DNA of 47,060 bases from an uncultured Christensenellaceae bacterium (GTDB lineage Bacteria > Bacillota > Clostridia > Christensenellales > DTU072): NCBI GenBank assembly GCA_964463195.1, contig CAYXBO010000001.1:1-47060 (forward strand), in the 5' to 3' direction. Under the pieces are notes generated by a model. The model was not told where the DNA came from. It did not search any database and saw only the letters and a list, made by a program, of their open reading frames with translations. Numbering within the stretch: position 1 is the first letter of the stretch; each line of letters starts with the position of its first letter. Positions 43,050 to 47,060 of this stretch are shown one piece after another. The position numbers were made by a program, and so were the translations under genes.

Positions 43050-46000
43050 ATGGACGACATTCTTAGACCGGAAAACTATCCCGATTTGGCGGAGTTTAAG
43101 AAAGCGGTTGACGACGCAAAAAGCTGCGTCGTCTTTTCCTCTACGGAATATGCAAAGTATCATATGACGGCAATGCTCGGAAGACCGTTTCTCTTTATCG
43201 CGCCGGATATGACCGAGGCGAGACGGGCCGCCCGCGCGCTTTCGGAGTTTACCGGACGTGAGGTGGTATATATTCCCGAAAGAGAGGACCCGTTAAAGCC
43301 CGTAGCTCCGGTATCGAACGCAACTAAAAAAGAGAGAATAGCCGCCTTAGGCGCGCTCCTTGACGGAAGAGCCTTCGGAGCGGTCACGACCGTTGAGGGC
43401 GCGTTGCAGTATCTGCCTCCTAAAACGGAATATGCTGAGCTGTTTCAGACCGTTAAAACGGGACGGGATTACGACCGCGACGGTTTGTGCGAAAAGCTTG
43501 TGGCAGCCGGCTACCGCCGTGAGGACACTGCGGAAAGAGAGGGCGTTTTTACCGCGCGCGGCGACAGAATAGAGGTGTGGTCGTACGACGCTCCCGCTCC
43601 GGTGAGAATAGAATTTTTCGGAGACGAGGTGGAGAGCATAAAGGAATTTGCGCCGGATACCAAGCTTTCGTATAAAACCCTCGACAGCATTACTCTATCC
43701 CCTGCAATTGACTTTTTAGTACCCCGAAATAAAGAAGAAAACACCCTAAAACGCGTTTTGAGCAAACAGCGCCTTGCAAAAAAGCGCATGGCGGAGGTGT
43801 TGCAGAGCATGGTTGACGCCATAACCCTCGGGTCGAATACCGGTGCTTTGTATTATATCGCGCCTCTTATTTCCGGCGGGCTTTCTACGGTTTTCGATTA
43901 TATATCCGGCAGAGCCGTCGTGGTTTATTCGGACGTTAAAGCCTGCGACGACAGACTGCGGCTTTTCCTTAATAATTATTACGGGCGCGTGAAGAGCTTT
44001 ACGGACGCGGGAGAGGCGTATTCCGAGCAACGCGCCTCTCTTCTCAATCGCGAGGAGCTGTATCAAAGAGCTACCGGTTTTGTAAAAGTCGGGTTCGGTC
44101 TAATAACCTCTTCCTGTCCTGCGTTTCTTCCGGAAGCCGTGTTTTCCATAAAATCGCTTGCCGTCCCGAGATACACCTTAAACCGCGCGATGCTCTTTGC
44201 CGACCTTAAAAATTACGCCGTAAACGGAGCGACGGTTGCGATATACGCGGGCAGCGCATTTACGGCGGAACGGCTCTCCAAAGACCTGATGGAGGAGGGG
44301 CTTGCCGTTCCGGTAAAGGACGCTCCCGAGCACGGGGCGCTGACTATCGTTTCCGCAGAGCTCTCGCACGGCTTCATTTATCCCAAGGAAAAGCTCGTCG
44401 TAATAGGCACCGGCGACGTCGTAAGAAAAACCGAGGTACGCGACAAGCCTTCCCGTAAAAAGCGCGAAAACTTCATCGTCCCTAAAGTCGGGGAATACGT
44501 CGTCCACGAAAGGTACGGAATAGGAATTTCCGAGGGCATAAAAAGCGTGGAGACCTCTTCGGGCGTCAAGGATTTCTTTATCATATTATATAAGGACCAG
44601 GACCGACTCTACGTTCCGACCGACCAGATGGATTTGGTGGACCGCTGGTCGGGAAGCGGCACGCCTACAATTTACCGTCTTGGAGGAAGGGAGTTCGAGC
44701 GGCTCAAGGAAAGGGTCAAGGAATCCGCCAAGAAAATGGCAATCGACCTTCTGAAGCTCTACGAACGGAGGGAACGCGCCACGGGCTTTAAATACAGTCC
44801 CGACACTCCTTTTCAGAAGGAGCTCGAGGACAGCTTCGAGTTCGAGGAGACCTCCGACCAGCTTTCCGCAATCGCCGATATTAAAGAGGATATGGAATCG
44901 GGAAGGGTCATGGACCGCCTTCTTGCGGGAGACGTGGGCTACGGAAAGACCGAGGTTGCGATACGCGCGATGTTCAAAACCGTATGGGACGGCAAGCAGG
45001 CGGCGCTTCTTGCACCGACGACCATTCTCGCTCAGCAGCACTACAACAATATTTCCGCGAGGCTCAACCGCTTCGGCATAAAGACGGTGTTGCTGTCCCG
45101 CTTTCAGACGGATGCGGAAATCAAGGAAGCGGTTGAGAAAATCGCCTCGGGCGAGGCTCAGATAACCGTCGCCACTCATAGGCTCTTATCAAAGGACATT
45201 GCGTTTAAGGATTTGGGGCTTCTCGTTCTCGACGAGGAACAGCGCTTCGGCGTGGAGCACAAGGAGAAGCTGAAAACCATGAAGACCAACGTCAACGTTC
45301 TGACGATGTCCGCGACTCCCATTCCCCGAACGCTCCACATGGCGCTTGTCGGTATACGCGATATATCCGTTCTTGCCGAGCCCCCGAAAAACCGTCTTCC
45401 CGTCGAGACCTACGTTACGGAATATTCCGATTCGCTTGCGGTGGACGCTATAAAGCGCGAGGTTTCGCGTGACGGGCAGGTTTTCGTACTCTTTAACGAC
45501 ACCAAGAGAATAGTCGGTTATTACCGTCATCTTCAGTCGCTTCTTCCCGACGTTCCGATGATTTACGCTCACGGACAGATGGAAAGCGGCGACCTCGAAA
45601 ACAGAATACGCCTTTTTTACGAAAAGGAAGCGAGGGTAATGATTTCCACGACGATAATCGAAAACGGTATCGACATTCCGGACGCGAACACCCTTATCGT
45701 TCTCCATTCCGACAAACTGGGGCTTTCCGCTCTCTATCAGCTGAAGGGGCGCGTGGGGCGGTCGGGAACTTTGGCTTACGCTTATTTCACCGTTCCGGAA
45801 AACAAGGTCGTTTCGGGAAACGCCGAAAAACGCTTGTCGGCTCTTCTCGAATGCACCGAGCTCGGAAGCGGCTTTAAGCTCGCGGAACGCGATTTGGAAA
45901 TAAGGGGTGCAGGGAACGTTCTCGGTCGGGAGCAGCACGGCAATATGGAAAAGGTGGGCTACGACCTCTATATGCGCCTCGTCAAGGAGTCCGTCGCAGA

Positions 46001-46469
46001 GGCGAGAGGGGAAACGGCGTTATCGGCGCGGGAAGTCGACCTGAATATCGACGGAGACTGCACCGTTCCCAAGGAGTATATCGCCGACGCGGACGGAAGA
46101 ATTACCGCCTTAAAAAGAGCCGCCGAGCTCTCCGGTAAAGAGGAGAGACTGGAATATCTCAAAGAGCTCACCGACGTATACGGAGCCGTCCCCGAAAGCG
46201 TGATGAATCTGGTCGATAAGGGCGTTATCAAAAACCTCGCGAAAAAGCTCGGAATAAAAACCGTAACGATAGGCAGACAGACCAGCGTGGAATTTTACGG
46301 CTCAGACATCTTAGGGAACGCTTCTCTTATGGACGCAATTTCCGAAAACGCAAAAAAACTCACTTTGTCTTTCGACAAAATTCCTTATATTATATTCCGT
46401 TTGGGTGACCGTTCTCAGCGCGAAAGGATACGCTTTATAAGGGGATTTCTGGAGCGCGCAGCGGGCTGA
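43050..46469 (+). CDS. mfd: Transcription-repair coupling factor
   Basis: 1139 aa. Helicase motifs GDVGYGKTEVA, LVLDEEQRFG, SATPIPRTL and QLKGRVGRS. Conserved pth-mfd gene order. Confidence 0.92.
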   Translation: MDDILRPENYPDLAEFKKAVDDAKSCVVFSSTEYAKYHMTAMLGRPFLFIAPDMTEARRAARALSEFTGREVVYIPEREDPLKPVAPVSNATKKERIAALGALLDGRAFGAVTTVEGALQYLPPKTEYAELFQTVKTGRDYDRDGLCEKLVAAGYRREDTAEREGVFTARGDRIEVWSYDAPAPVRIEFFGDEVESIKEFAPDTKLSYKTLDSITLSPAIDFLVPRNKEENTLKRVLSKQRLAKKRMAEVLQSMVDAITLGSNTGALYYIAPLISGGLSTVFDYISGRAVVVYSDVKACDDRLRLFLNNYYGRVKSFTDAGEAYSEQRASLLNREELYQRATGFVKVGFGLITSSCPAFLPEAVFSIKSLAVPRYTLNRAMLFADLKNYAVNGATVAIYAGSAFTAERLSKDLMEEGLAVPVKDAPEHGALTIVSAELSHGFIYPKEKLVVIGTGDVVRKTEVRDKPSRKKRENFIVPKVGEYVVHERYGIGISEGIKSVETSSGVKDFFIILYKDQDRLYVPTDQMDLVDRWSGSGTPTIYRLGGREFERLKERVKESAKKMAIDLLKLYERRERATGFKYSPDTPFQKELEDSFEFEETSDQLSAIADIKEDMESGRVMDRLLAGDVGYGKTEVAIRAMFKTVWDGKQAALLAPTTILAQQHYNNISARLNRFGIKTVLLSRFQTDAEIKEAVEKIASGEAQITVATHRLLSKDIAFKDLGLLVLDEEQRFGVEHKEKLKTMKTNVNVLTMSATPIPRTLHMALVGIRDISVLAEPPKNRLPVETYVTEYSDSLAVDAIKREVSRDGQVFVLFNDTKRIVGYYRHLQSLLPDVPMIYAHGQMESGDLENRIRLFYEKEARVMISTTIIENGIDIPDANTLIVLHSDKLGLSALYQLKGRVGRSGTLAYAYFTVPENKVVSGNAEKRLSALLECTELGSGFKLAERDLEIRGAGNVLGREQHGNMEKVGYDLYMRLVKESVAEARGETALSAREVDLNIDGDCTVPKEYIADADGRITALKRAAELSGKEERLEYLKELTDVYGAVPESVMNLVDKGVIKNLAKKLGIKTVTIGRQTSVEFYGSDILGNASLMDAISENAKKLTLSFDKIPYIIFRLGDRSQRERIRFIRGFLERAAG

Positions 46470-46500
46470 AAAAATTCCCCGAAAAATTTATAATTTGTTG

Positions 46501-46529
46501 TTGACACTCTATTTATGTTGTGGTATATT
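46501..46529 (+). promoter_or_regulatory. nrdD promoter
   Basis: TTGACA (46501-46506) - 17 nt - TATATT (46524-46529), with TGg immediately upstream (extended -10). Confidence 0.6.
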
Positions 46530-46540
46530 GTTTGAGCACC

Positions 46541-46554
46541 CACAATATATTGTG
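46541..46554. promoter_or_regulatory. NrdR box (operator)
   Basis: Perfect 14-bp palindrome CACAATATATTGTG starting 12 nt after the -10 box. It matches the core of the known NrdR-box consensus (acaCAATATATTGtgt), directly upstream of a ribonucleotide reductase gene. Confidence 0.7.
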
Positions 46555-46585
46555 TTGAGCGAAAGTTATGGAGGAAGGCAGAAAA

Positions 46586-47060
46586 ATGTTAAAAGTTGTG
46601 AAAAGAGACGGCAGATTGGTCAATTACGACATATCCAAAATAGTCAAGGCGATTGAGAAGGCTATGATATCCGCAGGCCGCCGCGACGTCGGAGAGAGCC
46701 GGAAGCTCGCCGAAAGAGTGGAAGAGCTCGTGACCAGAAATTTTACGGACACCAATCCTACAGTCGAGGATATACAGGATACCGTCGAAGCCGTTCTCAT
46801 GGCTGCCGGATACGCTTACGTTGCCAAGAAATACATTCTTTACCGCGCAGAGAGAACCAAAGCAAGAGAGCTTAACTCCAACCTTATGAAAATATACGAC
46901 GAGCTTACCTTCACGGAAGCCGCCGACAGCGATATCAAGAGAGAAAACGCCAACATCGACGGCAACACCGCAATGGGTACTATGCTGAAGTTCGGAAGCG
47001 AGGGTGCGAAAGACTATTATTCCAAAAACATTCTTACCGACGAGCAGTCCAAGGCGCATA
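46586..47060 (+). CDS. nrdD: Anaerobic ribonucleoside-triphosphate reductase (class III), 5' partial
   Basis: Absent from the ORF track because no stop falls inside the window. My translation from ATG 46586 (GGAGGAAGG 8 nt upstream) is MLKVVKRDGRLVNYDISKIVKAIEKAM... (ATP-cone) ...KRENANIDGNTAMGTMLKFGSEGAKDYY, which is typical of NrdD. An in-frame ATG at 46568 is a less likely start. Confidence 0.8.
   Translation, partial: MLKVVKRDGRLVNYDISKIVKAIEKAMISAGRRDVGESRKLAERVEELVTRNFTDTNPTVEDIQDTVEAVLMAAGYAYVAKKYILYRAERTKARELNSNLMKIYDELTFTEAADSDIKRENANIDGNTAMGTMLKFGSEGAKDYYSKNILTDEQSKAH

Noticed and set aside
42397-45938. Minus-strand ORFs of 215, 197 and 249 aa (42397-43044, 44586-45179, 45189-45938)
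   Set aside because: Antisense to pth and mfd, which are unambiguous, and without recognisable motifs.
46589-47059. 156-aa minus-strand ORF at the right edge
   Set aside because: The + strand in the same region reads as a textbook NrdD N-terminus (ATP-cone) with promoter, NrdR box and SD. The minus ORF is its antisense shadow.

Overview
47-kb chromosomal window from an endospore-forming Firmicute, Clostridia-like: spoIIE, tadA-pth-mfd and class III nrdD are present, and GC looks mid-50s % by eye (not computed). Almost all genes are on the + strand. All homology calls come from motif recognition by eye, not from searches. Left part, nt 1-32455: an accessory-looking cell-surface locus. It holds three paralogous giant lipoproteins of about 1121, 2573 and 3884 aa, together ~23 kb or half the window. 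These are followed by a translationally coupled five-gene operon: a membrane-anchored unknown protein, a 1490-aa M6-type HExxH metalloprotease ending in a dockerin-like module, a small lipoprotein with a cohesin-like module, a signal-less possibly alpha/beta-hydrolase-like protein, and a type I signal peptidase. I consider this combination of giant lipoproteins, a cohesin/dockerin-tethered protease and a co-transcribed signal peptidase the best candidate for an undescribed system. The first giant gene is bracketed by inverted copies of an unusual non-coding array. The array is built from ~22-bp units, each a GC mini-hairpin plus a conserved GATTTCAC or GATTTACC spacer. An AGTGAAR heptamer tract sits at the window edge. 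Right part, nt 32.5-47 kb: housekeeping genes. These are spoIIE, a PrsA-like lipoprotein, a minus-strand Wzz/PCP-like membrane protein, and a tightly overlapped MBL hydrolase - CPBP - CPBP - tadA - pth - mfd chain. The window ends with the 5' end of nrdD behind a promoter carrying a perfect NrdR-box palindrome. No tRNA, rRNA, CRISPR, transposase, integrase or phage genes were recognised.
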